This document shows positions 54,901 to 64,000 of a DNA stretch of 64,000 nucleotides, one piece after another. Position numbers and translations under genes: made by a program. The DNA comes from Deltaproteobacteria bacterium (GTDB taxonomy: Bacteria; Myxococcota_A; UBA9160; SMWR01), in NCBI GenBank assembly GCA_032128375.1, contig JAQBGU010000107.1, positions 85,210 to 149,209 on the forward strand, read 5' to 3'. Position 1 is the stretch's first letter. Each line of letters starts with the position of its first letter. The notes under the pieces were generated by a model. The model did not search any database, was not told where the DNA came from, and worked only from the letters and a program-made list of their open reading frames with translations.

Positions 54901-55947
54901 TCATTGTGTTTTGGGTCCGCGGTCGGCCATCGGGCCACCCGCGCGCCAGATGGTACAAGAATCCGGCATTCCTCCGACGGCCGCGACGCTGGGCGCGTCG
55001 TCCCCAAACAGCTTCAAGCCGGATCCCGAACTTTGCTCAAACCATTTCTCCATCAGCGCAGCCATCACCTGGATGTAGCCCGGCGCAAGTTGCAGAAGAC
55101 TATCGAGCAGCAGAGAGCGCTCCGGTGAATCTGCGTAGCGCCGTAGCAGCTTTCCGGCGAGGCCCGCCATGACGGCCGTGCCGACGAATTCGTCGACTTC
55201 TTCGTCCAAGGTCTCCCACGAAGCATCGCCAAGCGTGGCAGGTGTGCGCTCACGCGTTGCTGCCTCGAGTTCGACGATCGCGAGCGTGTCGCGCGCAATG
55301 ACCGCGTAACAGCGAGCGTCGTTCTGTCGCGCCAGTCGTTCTAGTGGCTGCCTTACTGCCGCTCTTGGACGCGTCATGAAATCGGCAAGCTGGATGCCAA
55401 CACCAACCGAAGCGTCATCGATTTCGAACCCGTCGAGGAAGGCGGCCCGACGGAAGATCCGTTCGCCCGGTCTCCTCTCGACGCCCAGTTCACTGGCGAG
55501 CGCAAATTCGAGTTCGAGCGCACGGCTCAGCGCGGAACCCATCAGCTGGAACAATGTCAACAGATGCGAGCATCCCAGAGGCCCGCCGAAGACGCGGGAC
55601 AGGCTCTTCGGAAAGTCTGGATCAATCTTCTCACCGATCATTGGTTGCAGGCGCGGTGCCGGATCGCGACAACATTCGCCGCGGCTCGTTTCCGTAGGCT
55701 CGACCGCGACGGTGGGCTGCGCCACGTCGATGGTTTCGATCCTGCGGGTGGTCGGGTCGACCCGTAGATCGATGTTCATGTGGTGGACGATGCCGGCGGG
55801 CTGAATGTCGTCGGTCATCGGAACGAAACTGCATTTTCTCAGGTCGATGATGTCACCGCGCGCGTGCCAGCTGCCATCGTGCCCGTGAGTCGCTGTGATT
55901 GTCAGCGAGCGGGTATGTAAAGGGTGACCTCGGGTGGGCAATTGCAA
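54901..55947 (-). CDS. DUF2889-like domain protein
   Basis: LHTRSLTI, VHHMNIDLRVD, FGGPLGCSHL, DSCTIW; start placed at TTG 55947 (inferred). Confidence 0.65.
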   Translation of the reverse strand: MQLPTRGHPLHTRSLTITATHGHDGSWHARGDIIDLRKCSFVPMTDDIQPAGIVHHMNIDLRVDPTTRRIETIDVAQPTVAVEPTETSRGECCRDPAPRLQPMIGEKIDPDFPKSLSRVFGGPLGCSHLLTLFQLMGSALSRALELEFALASELGVERRPGERIFRRAAFLDGFEIDDASVGVGIQLADFMTRPRAAVRQPLERLARQNDARCYAVIARDTLAIVELEAATRERTPATLGDASWETLDEEVDEFVGTAVMAGLAGKLLRRYADSPERSLLLDSLLQLAPGYIQVMAALMEKWFEQSSGSGLKLFGDDAPSVAAVGGMPDSCTIWRAGGPMADRGPKTQ

Positions 55948-56062
55948 AGCATCGACCCCAGCAGCGCACAATCGGGCGTGAACGAGAGAGTCTATCGCGA
56001 GCGGAGCCAGGCGGCTGCGAGCTAAACTGAGTAAACGTCGCGAACCAATCGGAGAACCCAGC

Positions 56063-56446
56063 ATGCCGAAGCGAGAATCGCTCTACCACAAGTACCCCGA
56101 TTACCGAGTCGATCTCAAACAGCACCCCGGACGCGTTCGGGTGACGCTCGCTGGCGAGACCATCGCAGACAGCGAGCGGGCAGTCGTCGTCAACGAGACC
56201 AAGCACTCACCGGTGATTTACATCCCGCGCGAGGACGTCCGTCTGATCCACCTCGAGGAGACCGACCATCAGACATTCTGTCCCTTCAAAGGCGAGGCGG
56301 CCTACTGGTCGATTCGCGTGGGCGACCACGTCGAAGAGAACGCAGTGTGGACCTATCCCGACCCGTTCGACGAAGTCTCAGAATTGAAAGACTATGTGTC
56401 GTTCTACCAAGATCGGCCCGAACTCAAGCAGGAACAGGTCGCCTGA
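56063..56446 (+). CDS. DUF427-family protein
   Basis: IADSERA..ET.H.PVIYIP..DV, TFCPFKGEAAYW, NAVWTYPDP. Confidence 0.88.
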   Translation: MPKRESLYHKYPDYRVDLKQHPGRVRVTLAGETIADSERAVVVNETKHSPVIYIPREDVRLIHLEETDHQTFCPFKGEAAYWSIRVGDHVEENAVWTYPDPFDEVSELKDYVSFYQDRPELKQEQVA

Positions 56447-56513
56447 ACAAACTGGAGACCCAAACGCAGTCCTGGGTCACGCGGTGCGAACCCAGGCTCG
56501 GACCGCAGAATGC

Positions 56514-57302
56514 TCAACCCTTGCGAAATTGGGAGAAATCCGGAGCACGCTTCTGCAAGAATGCGGTGACGGCCTCGATGTTCTCCGGAGATCCCGCTTG
56601 CGCGATCATTGCCGCGCCTTCAGCCTGTAGCGCGTCCGCGATCGCAGCCTCATGCGAGACAGTCAGCGTACGCTTGGTTGCCCGCAGTGAAGAGACGGGC
56701 CATTGAGCGATCTCTCGGGCCTTGGCGAGAGTCGTTTCCAGTAGCGCGTCATCGGCAACGGACCGAAGCGCTATGCCGAGTTCGACTGCGCGGGCGGAGT
56801 CGATCCACTCCGCCGTATAGAACAGCTCGTTCGCACGCTGCGTCCCGATCCGAGCCTGCAGCAGATAACTGCTGGCGAATTCGGGAACCAGGCCCAGACT
56901 GACGAACGGCAACCGCAGCCGAACGCTGTGGCCGACATAGACCAGATCGCACGCGAACAGCAGTGTGCATCCTCCCCCCACCCCAACTCCCTTCGCGGCG
57001 GCCAGAAGCGGCTTGTCGAACCCGAACACGGCTTCCACACAACCCGCGAAGCCGTTTGGGTTTCCGTCTTCGCGGGGCTCACCTCCGCCCGAGAAGGCAG
57101 CCAGATCCTGGCCAGCGGAAAAATCCTTGCCGGCGCCAGTGATCACCGCCACCGCTACGCGGTTGTCTTCGCGCGCCCTATTCAGCGCGTCGCGTAACCC
57201 GTCCCATTGAGGATCATTGAACGCGTTCTTCTTGTTTGGACGGTTCAGAGTGATCAGCAGCACACCATCGTCCAACTCTTCGAGCACGGGTCGTTCAGAC
57301 AT
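56514..57302 (-). CDS. Enoyl-CoA hydratase/isomerase (delta-isomerase-like)
   Basis: LNRPNKKNAF, FSAGQDL, GVGGG, PFVSLGLVPEFASS, AFLQKRAPDF. Confidence 0.92.
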   Translation of the reverse strand: MSERPVLEELDDGVLLITLNRPNKKNAFNDPQWDGLRDALNRAREDNRVAVAVITGAGKDFSAGQDLAAFSGGGEPREDGNPNGFAGCVEAVFGFDKPLLAAAKGVGVGGGCTLLFACDLVYVGHSVRLRLPFVSLGLVPEFASSYLLQARIGTQRANELFYTAEWIDSARAVELGIALRSVADDALLETTLAKAREIAQWPVSSLRATKRTLTVSHEAAIADALQAEGAAMIAQAGSPENIEAVTAFLQKRAPDFSQFRKG

Positions 57303-57474
57303 TGGGAACTCCTCATCGGTTCGCGCCGCTGACCTAAAAGCCAATCAGCGTCTCGTCGGGGGCCGCATCGGGACTGCTACTTCAGTCTATTTTTGTGATC
57401 GCGCTCACGGTTCAGGAAATAGTGTGTGCTAACTCTCAAGTGTCGAGACAGATATTCGAAAGAAGATATTGATG

Positions 57475-57506
57475 GTGCAACACGCAGTGCAACACGCAGT
57501 GCAACA
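57475..57506 (+). repeat. About 2.7 tandem copies of 12-mer GTGCAACACGCA
   Basis: Copies at 57475 and 57487, partial at 57499. Confidence 0.85.
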
Positions 57507-57554
57507 AGAGTCAGCGAGTACGAGTTGACCAGCAAAGGATGGGGGAACAACCGA

Positions 57555-57641
57555 GTGGCCCGCGCACTTAAGAGCCAAAAGTTCTGGCTTTCACTGGCCT
57601 ATCTGGGCCTGATTCTGTTGATGGCCCGCACCTACGCCTGA
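57555..57641 (+). CDS. Putative 28-aa single-TM small protein
   Basis: GTG start after AAGGATGGGGGAA; MARALKSQKFWLSLAYLGLILLMARTYA, basic N-terminus then hydrophobic helix. Confidence 0.4.
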   Translation: MARALKSQKFWLSLAYLGLILLMARTYA

Positions 57642-57667
57642 TAGCCGGGGTCAGCCTTCCGCCCGTC

Positions 57668-58114
57668 CTACGTCGGTAGGGCTTCGAGCGGAGCTTGTAT
57701 TTCTGTCGCATTGAAGAAATATGAGATCTCAATCCGAGCCGTCTCTGCCGCATCGGACCCGTGCGCAGCATTCCGCTCGATATCGGTACCGTGGTCGCCC
57801 CGGATCGTGCCTGGTTCAGCTGTCTTCGAGTCCGTCGGCCCCATCAGCTCGCGATTCTTGGCAACCGCATCGGGTCCCTCGAGAACGCTGACCACGATCG
57901 GTCCTTCAGTCATGAATTTCACCAGGTCAGCAAAGAACGGCCGCTCCTTGTGGACCGCGTAGAAGCCCTGGGCCTGGGATTCACTGAGTTGCATCTTCTT
58001 GAGAGCGATGATCGTAAGTCCCGCCTTCTCGAATCTGCTCAGAATATCGCCCGTGGCTCCCGCGGCGACTGCATCGGGTTTGACGATTGAAAGAGTTCGC
58101 TCCACATCGGGCAT
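57668..58114 (-). CDS. ndk: Nucleoside diphosphate kinase
   Basis: [45 protein letters not shown]. Confidence 0.96.
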   Translation of the reverse strand: MPDVERTLSIVKPDAVAAGATGDILSRFEKAGLTIIALKKMQLSESQAQGFYAVHKERPFFADLVKFMTEGPIVVSVLEGPDAVAKNRELMGPTDSKTAEPGTIRGDHGTDIERNAAHGSDAAETARIEISYFFNATEIQAPLEALPT

Positions 58115-58297
58115 CTTGCCAGGCTCCTTAGTTCTCGGATTTGAGGGACGGAGAGGGGTAACGCTCAACGCTCGCGGAGCTGACCAGGCCGACAAGACGG
58201 CGGCGGAGCGTAGCCGCAGCGGTCGTCCGTGGGAAGTGGTGCCGTCGTCGAATGTACGGGTCGGATGGCGAGATCCAATCCGACTCCGATGCGAGCC

Positions 58298-59278
58298 CTA
58301 GGGAACGCGCAATACCACTTTGCCGAAGTGCTCGCTGGCCTTCAGCACCCGATGCGCTTCGGGCGCATCGGCCAGGTCCAACACGCGATCGATGACGGGA
58401 CTCACTGTGCCCTCGCCCAGCGCGGTGCCGAATCGATCCATGAAAGCTGCCGCGAGGCGGGCCTTTTCATCGAGCGGCCTGGCTCGCAGCGTCGAGCCGA
58501 TAATCGCCAGCCTTCGGACGAGCAACTGCCCCAGGTTGATCTCAGACTTGGCACCTCCCATCAACCCGATCAACACCAATCGCCCGCCAATTGCCAGAGA
58601 GGCGAGGTTGGGTTCGAGGTACGGTCCCCCGATCGAGTCGAGGATGACATCAACGCCGCGACGTTCGGTGTGCTCTGCGATCGACTTCGAAAAATCACCC
58701 GTCGTGTAGTTGACCACAATGTCTGCTCCCAGTTGCGAGCAGCGAGCGCACTTTTCGTCTGATCCGGCGGTAACGATCGCAGTGCCGCTGGCGGCCTTCA
58801 CGAGCTGAATCGCCGCGGTGCCAATCCCGCTACCTCCGCCGTGAATCAACGCCGAACCACCATCGGGGAGTCCCGCAAGCTGAAACACGTTCAGAAAGAC
58901 CGTCAAGAAAACCTCGGGAATCGCGGCCGCCTGGTCGAACGAGAGATTCGCGGGAACACGCATCACCGATCCCGCATCGACGACCACTTCCTGCGCATAG
59001 CCCCCCCCGCCCAGCAACGCCATCGCGCGGTCGCCAACGCGCCAGTTGTGAACATCGGATGCGACTTCCGCGACTTCCCCCGCGCACTCCAAGCCCAGAA
59101 TTGCCGATTCGCCGGGCGGTGCCGGGTACAGGCCCTGCCGCTGCAACAGGTCCGCGCGGTTCACGGCGGTCGCGGCAACTCGAATTCGAATGCAGCCGGC
59201 TCGCAGCGAGGGGGCCGGAGCGTCGCCGAGTCGCATGCACGATTCTTCACCAGCTGCTTCGATAACGATGGCTTTCAT
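58298..59278 (-). CDS. NAD(P)H-quinone oxidoreductase (PIG3/zeta-crystallin type)
   Basis: VNRADLLQRQGLYP, LGLECAG, IHGGGSGIG, GSTLRAR, HFGKVVL. Confidence 0.93.
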   Translation of the reverse strand: MKAIVIEAAGEESCMRLGDAPAPSLRAGCIRIRVAATAVNRADLLQRQGLYPAPPGESAILGLECAGEVAEVASDVHNWRVGDRAMALLGGGGYAQEVVVDAGSVMRVPANLSFDQAAAIPEVFLTVFLNVFQLAGLPDGGSALIHGGGSGIGTAAIQLVKAASGTAIVTAGSDEKCARCSQLGADIVVNYTTGDFSKSIAEHTERRGVDVILDSIGGPYLEPNLASLAIGGRLVLIGLMGGAKSEINLGQLLVRRLAIIGSTLRARPLDEKARLAAAFMDRFGTALGEGTVSPVIDRVLDLADAPEAHRVLKASEHFGKVVLRVP

Positions 59279-59356
59279 GAACCCAGCATGCCGCGACCCG
59301 GCGCGCGGGTCCAGCTGCTTGGCGACGCCCCAGCAGCAGTGTAGGCTAGCCGCGCC

Positions 59357-59789
59357 GGAGGTGGATGGAGGATCGCCGGTGGACACAAACCGTCCACGGG
59401 AGGAAAGTCCGGGCTCCAAAGGGCAGGGAGGTCGCTAACGGCGACCCGGGGTAACCCGAGGGAAAGCGCAACAGAAACTGAACCGCCGATGGCCGATGAA
59501 GCTCGGGGTTTGAGAGGATCCCGAGGGGAGGCACAGGTAAGGTTGAAATCGTGGGGTAAGAGCCCACGCGCGACAGCCGGGTGACCGGCGGCGGGGCAAG
59601 CCCCTCCCGGAGCAAGCTTGAATAGGGGTGCTGTTGAGGGCGGCCCGCTCGAAATCGGCGTCGCAAGGCGTTGGTCAGCATCCGGGTAAGAGTGCTCGAG
59701 CGGCGTAGCAATACGTCGCCTAGATGAATGATCCTCGCCGGCTTCCGGGCAACCGGAGTCGGAACAGGACCCGGCTTACAGCCCACTCT
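59357..59789 (+). ncRNA. rnpB: RNase P RNA, bacterial type A
   Basis: GAGGAAAGTCCGGGCTCC, GGAAAG.GCAACAGAAA, GGTAAGAGC, GGAGCAAG, CTAGATGAATG, ACAGGACCCGGCTTA; ends approximate. Confidence 0.95.
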
Positions 59790-59922
59790 GGTTGCGTTCG
59801 CGCAGCCAGACCCGGGGGAAGAAGCAATTGCCACGCCCCGGCGCTCCGACAAGGTCTCGTGGGGGCGGCCGACAGGCCGCCCCCACCATCGACCCGCTAG
59901 TGGGAACATGGGTTTCCAGCGC

Positions 59923-61050
59923 TCAAATCTCGCGGCGGACGCAAATGATCTTTTCGCGGCGTAGGGGGTCATATCCTTGCCACTTGCCGGCCGGGACCTG
60001 GTCGTGATTGACCCGGCGAAAGCCGTGGCGTTCAAAGAAGCGAACCACGCGCTCGGCGGTGGTACTGGCGAACGCGAACTCACAACCCTCGGCCTCGGCT
60101 GCATCGATGGCAAATCGCACAAGGTGGCCACCGACTCCTTCACCGAGGAATCGGGTCAGCGTATACAGCGATCCGATCTCTGCCGCGCGATCCGAAGCGA
60201 AGCGAAGCAGCGTCCCGATCCCCGCCAGGTGATTTCCTCCGACGAACGCGCCGAAACCGCTGGCCAGCACACGCTCGACCTCTGCGGCCGTACGGGGCGC
60301 CAAGTACCCCTCCGTTATGCCGCGCTCGACCAGGTCTGCCGCTGAATCGAAGTCGTCGATGCCGAGGCGTCGAACTTCCACGTAACCCTGTGCGGTGAAT
60401 AGTGTCCCGGAGCCGTCGTAGGTGAACAGCTCATCGGCCACTCCGTCGATACGGCAAAGGTTCACGGCGGTGACACCCGCGTTCAGCATGGACAGGATGA
60501 CTCCGAACAGCGCGACCCGAGACGACTCCATCCGGCCTTCTCGAAGGCGCTCGCCCAGTTCCGCAGCATCGATGAACGAATCTCTCGCACCATTGCTGCG
60601 CACCAGTCCACCTCGGGCATCTACCCAGACGAGTTTCCTGATCCCGAGGCGCCGTACGACATTCGCGCAGCCTGCTTCGAAGCCGTGTTGCACGTCGGCA
60701 ACTACGACCACCCGTGCAACCGGGCCGAGCAACCGCCAGACCCGCCCCGGAAGCGACTCGAGGTCGCCCACGGGTTCGACCGGCGCGCGTAGGGTGTCGG
60801 AATCAAGGCCCGGGATTGGCGCCCCGGCGTCTGACACGATCACCACGCGGGTTCTGTTTTCGGCTAGTTCTTCGAGCACGTGAGCGAGCGAGTCGAGCGA
60901 GCCGCCAGTCGCTGACCCGAGCGCGATAGCGATCGTGCGGTCGCGAAGCTCGCTCAGGTAGAAACCCTTCTCGGAGAAGGGTGTCGCGTCAGCCAGAACT
61001 CCGCCTTCGCGGGACGCCGATTTCGGTTTGGAATCTACAGTCGTATTCAT
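59923..61050 (-). CDS. ArgA-like amino-acid N-acetyltransferase (degenerate kinase-like domain plus GNAT)
   Basis: ELFTYDGSGTLF linker, EGYLAPR, AEIGSLY..GEGVGG, FFERHGF. Confidence 0.7.
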   Translation of the reverse strand: MNTTVDSKPKSASREGGVLADATPFSEKGFYLSELRDRTIAIALGSATGGSLDSLAHVLEELAENRTRVVIVSDAGAPIPGLDSDTLRAPVEPVGDLESLPGRVWRLLGPVARVVVVADVQHGFEAGCANVVRRLGIRKLVWVDARGGLVRSNGARDSFIDAAELGERLREGRMESSRVALFGVILSMLNAGVTAVNLCRIDGVADELFTYDGSGTLFTAQGYVEVRRLGIDDFDSAADLVERGITEGYLAPRTAAEVERVLASGFGAFVGGNHLAGIGTLLRFASDRAAEIGSLYTLTRFLGEGVGGHLVRFAIDAAEAEGCEFAFASTTAERVVRFFERHGFRRVNHDQVPAGKWQGYDPLRREKIICVRREI

Positions 61051-61094
61051 TGCACCAACAGTGTTGCGAATGTTGGTGTATCGTGCCGCGTTCG

Positions 61095-62873
61095 ATGGAC
61101 TGGCAGGGCTGGCTGACGCTGGCGGTGGTCTTCTTCACGCTATTCGCGATGATGAAGGAACTCGCCGGACCCGACATCATCATGATGGGCGGGCTGTTCA
61201 CGCTTTCCGCGTTCGGGATTCTCACTCCGACCGAGACGTTCCTCGGCTTTGCAAACCCCGCGCTCGCCGCAATCGCCGCCTTGTTCGTCGTGTCTGCAGC
61301 ACTGCGCGAAACCGGCGCGCTCGAGGCCACCGTTGGGCGACTGATGGCCTCTGCGCGAGCAGAGGCCACCGGGCTGGCTCGGATCTGCTCGCCAGTCGCG
61401 TTCTTGTCCGCGTTCTTGAACAAAGCCCCGATCGTCGCGATGATGACTCCGACCGTGATCGATTGGGCGCGCCGGCGTGGGCTGTCACCGAGCCGATTTC
61501 TGATTCCGCTCAGCTATTCGTCGATTCTCGGCAGCCCGACGACGATGATCGGAACGAGCACGACGCTGACGGTCGCAGGCTTGATGACGGACGCGGGAAT
61601 GGTCGAGATGGGTTTCTTCGAACTGGCCCCCGTGGGTATCCCGATTGCGGTCGCTGGACTGGTGTACCTGCAGTTCGTCGCGCCGCGCCTGCTGCCTCAG
61701 CGAAAAGAAGCCACCGAAGCCCTGGGCGTTCGCAGACGCGAGTACACGGCCTCAATGATCGTCGAAGATCATTGTGAACTGATCCTTCAGACCGTCGAGG
61801 AAGCCGGCTTGCGCCATTTGCCGGGACTGTTCCTGGTCGAGATCGACCGCGGGGGGCGCATCATCACACCCGTCGGTCCTGAAGACGTAATCCGCGCTCG
61901 GGATCGGCTCGTGTTTGCCGGCGTCATCTCGACCATCGTTGAGCTCCAACGCATTCGCGGATTGGTCGCTGCAACCGGCGATGAGGTGCCGGTAGCATCC
62001 CGACCCGAACACCGACTGGTCGAAGCTGTTGTTTCGGGCTCTTCCCCTCTGATCAATCGGAGCATTCGAGACGCCAACTTCAGAACCGTCTACGACGCCG
62101 CCGTGATCGCAGTACATCGAAACGCCGAACGCGTCGCCGGTAAAATCGGCGAGATCGTCCTCGAAGCGGGTGACACGTTGTTGCTTCAGGGAGCCCCTGG
62201 CTTCCTACGCGCGCATCGGAACAGCCCCGACTTCTATCTGGTCAGCGAGGTCGCCGGTACCGAGGTGCTCCGCTACGACCGAGCTGGTGTTGCAATCGCC
62301 ATCCTGGTTGCGATGGTGTTGGCCGCCAGCCTGGGTCTCTACCCGATCGCGATCGGCGCGTTCCTCGCCGCCGGCCTGCTCATCGTAACACGCTGCATTC
62401 CGGGAACCGCCGCCCGGCGCAGTGTCGATTGGTCGATCCTGATCGTGATTGGTGCGAGTTTCGGGATTGCCTTGGCGATGCAGAAGACCGGCGCGGCCAC
62501 TGCGATCGCCGGCGTCATCGCGAATCTCTCGGGTGATGTCGGACCTCTGGCAACCTTGGTCATCATTTATACCACGACGCTGGTCCTCTCGGAATTACTG
62601 CACCACAACGCGGCTGTCGCACTCATGTTCCCGATCGCGATCGGGACTTCGCACCTGATTGGAGTCGATGCGCGCGGCTTCGTGATGGCGGTTGCAGTCG
62701 CGGGCTGCTGCGCGTTTGCGTCGCCGGTCACATACCAGACGCACCTGATCGTCTACGGCCCCGGCGCCTACCGCTTCACCGATTTTGTTCGCGCCGGTCT
62801 GCCGCTCAACGCGATTTGCGCGTTGGTTGCACTGACGTTGATCCCGCTCATCTGGCCGTTCGCTCCCGTGTAG
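61095..62873 (+). CDS. SLC13/DASS-family permease with two TrkA-C domains
   Basis: GFANPA, SRFLIPLSYSSILG, GLRHLPGLFLVEIDR, GDTLLL, YGPGAYRFTDF. Confidence 0.9.
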   Translation: MDWQGWLTLAVVFFTLFAMMKELAGPDIIMMGGLFTLSAFGILTPTETFLGFANPALAAIAALFVVSAALRETGALEATVGRLMASARAEATGLARICSPVAFLSAFLNKAPIVAMMTPTVIDWARRRGLSPSRFLIPLSYSSILGSPTTMIGTSTTLTVAGLMTDAGMVEMGFFELAPVGIPIAVAGLVYLQFVAPRLLPQRKEATEALGVRRREYTASMIVEDHCELILQTVEEAGLRHLPGLFLVEIDRGGRIITPVGPEDVIRARDRLVFAGVISTIVELQRIRGLVAATGDEVPVASRPEHRLVEAVVSGSSPLINRSIRDANFRTVYDAAVIAVHRNAERVAGKIGEIVLEAGDTLLLQGAPGFLRAHRNSPDFYLVSEVAGTEVLRYDRAGVAIAILVAMVLAASLGLYPIAIGAFLAAGLLIVTRCIPGTAARRSVDWSILIVIGASFGIALAMQKTGAATAIAGVIANLSGDVGPLATLVIIYTTTLVLSELLHHNAAVALMFPIAIGTSHLIGVDARGFVMAVAVAGCCAFASPVTYQTHLIVYGPGAYRFTDFVRAGLPLNAICALVALTLIPLIWPFAPV

Positions 62874-63348
62874 CATCGCGGGAACTTTGAACGTTCCACA
62901 CATCGTGCGATCGAATTCCGCCACCCAATTCGCCAGCGCTGCCGCTCAAATGGCAAATCCTCGGTTCCTCGACCGTTCGGAGCGGCGAGAACGTCGGCCT
63001 CTGATCGGCGCGCATTTCTGGTGACATATCGAAAGTAGCGGAACCACTACATCCTGGGCTTTGGACGGAGCGCTGATCAACCGATAGAATCGCTTTATCG
63101 GGTGCTATTCCACCCATATTTCTCAGAGGGAAGAATATTTCGCGTTTGGGTGGACTAAGAGTTCAATATCGCTGGAAAATTCCGAAAAATGCTCTGGCAA
63201 TTTCAGATTGGAACGTCCAGAATCACGGGCTAATTGGTTGCCCCTCCGAAACGACTAGTGGACTTCTTCCATCGTCCAATCGTGCGTCCGGCCAATCGAT
63301 CGTCCGCCCAGCTCGTCCAGCGTCCGGCGAGCACAAGGCAATCTGGTT

Positions 63349-63389
63349 CGACGGATTCACGGATCGACGGATCGACGGATCGACGGAAT
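63349..63389 (+). repeat. Tandem 8-mer GACGGATC repeats (4-5 imperfect copies)
   Basis: CGACGGATTCACGGATCGACGGATCGACGGATCGACGGAAT. Confidence 0.8.
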
Positions 63390-63534
63390 GATCAGGAATC
63401 TCCCAGCGCTCGGATCGGGGTACTCATGGCGGCGATACAGAGTTCAGAATTTGGATAAGTGAAACCAGATCGCCCCCGGCGGTATCGGACCTACCAGTGC
63501 CGGCATCGCACACTGAGAAATTGAGGGTGAATTC

Positions 63535-64000
63535 GTGAAGCTAGAAGAGATCAATACGAGCAACGAGCCGAAGCAGAAGGCGGAACCGGCGGCAGGCACT
63601 GGCGTGCAGGGAGTTGCCGCGGCAGCCGCCGCTGCCGCGGGCGCTAAACGGGCCGTCGCAGCCGATGAGTTGGATCCGGGCCGGGAGCGCCGACCGCTCG
63701 AGTCCTACTTCCAAGAAATCGGCGGTACCCGCACGCTCAAGCGAGAAGAAGAGGTCATCCTCGCCAAGGAACTCGAATCCGCCACTGCCGAGCTTCGCAC
63801 AGCACTGTACCTGATCCCGTGCTCAGCGAGGCATGTCATCGCACGATGGGATTCTTTGCGCGCGCTGTCACACACCGGTGCGAAGTTGTCCGAGTCGGTC
63901 GGCGATGAAGAGACCGGGGAGATTGCCGCTCGCGTCGAGCGCGCTGTAAAACGCTTGCGAGCGCTACGCGCTCAGAGGGAGAAGCCGTTCCCAAAAGATA
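63535..64000 (+). CDS. Sigma-70 family (RpoD/RpoS-like) sigma factor, N-terminal part (3' truncated by window)
   Basis: GTG after GAGGG; open to the window end; region 1.2 motif PLESYFQEIGGTRTLKREEEVILAKELE; not in the ORF track. Confidence 0.8.
   Translation, partial: MKLEEINTSNEPKQKAEPAAGTGVQGVAAAAAAAAGAKRAVAADELDPGRERRPLESYFQEIGGTRTLKREEEVILAKELESATAELRTALYLIPCSARHVIARWDSLRALSHTGAKLSESVGDEETGEIAARVERAVKRLRALRAQREKPFPKD

Noticed and set aside
54884..54905. TTCA x4 microsatellite at the DUF2889-like stop
   Set aside because: Too short, and outside coding or promoter context, to imply phase variation
59763..59780. ACAGGACCCGGCTTA variant in the RNase P terminal conserved region
   Set aside because: Single-base variant of the usual ACAGAA; to my knowledge not rare, and the rest of the RNA looks canonical
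59346..60143. 265-aa minus-strand ORF
   Set aside because: Antisense to RNase P RNA; shadow ORF
1..64000. tRNA, rRNA, IS/transposase, integrase, prophage or defence genes
   Set aside because: None recognised by eye; tRNAscan-SE, ISEScan and DefenseFinder would be needed to exclude them formally

Overview
GC-rich bacterial chromosomal window made up mostly of core and housekeeping genes. Gene content (DUF6178-like, zinc-ribbon/DUF3426-like, SurA-DsbA lipoprotein, ArsA pair next to PhaR) suggests a Myxococcota/deltaproteobacterial lineage; this is inference only. It carries ffh, an MltD-like LysM transglycosylase, rlmN, trmB, sppA, a AAA+/VWA pair, a 2-phosphoglycerate-kinase-like gene, tatA, a phosphomannomutase, a dcw cluster (mraZ-rsmH-ftsL-ftsI-murE-murF-mraY-murD-ftsW-murG-murC-murB-ftsQ-ftsA-ftsZ, no ddl), ndk, RNase P RNA, an argA-like gene, an SLC13 permease and the start of a sigma-70 gene. 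I saw no tRNA, rRNA, CRISPR array or transposase. Most notable observations: (1) an operon with a ParA ATPase fused to a glycogen-binding CBM48-like domain, a P-loop-dead MinD/FlhG-like protein and a NucS-like protein, a candidate storage-granule positioning system; (2) an enoyl-CoA hydratase gene with a codon-aligned 78-bp internal inversion plus loss of about 41 codons; (3) a single-chain fusion of two ArsA/Get3-like ATPases in a PhaR/acyltransferase lipid-storage neighbourhood; (4) a long G.U-supported hairpin between mraZ and rsmH and about 10 helically phased MraZ boxes; (5) recurrent CAAC-containing triple repeats just upstream of ribosome-binding sites. All family assignments come from motif recognition by eye; no database searches were run.
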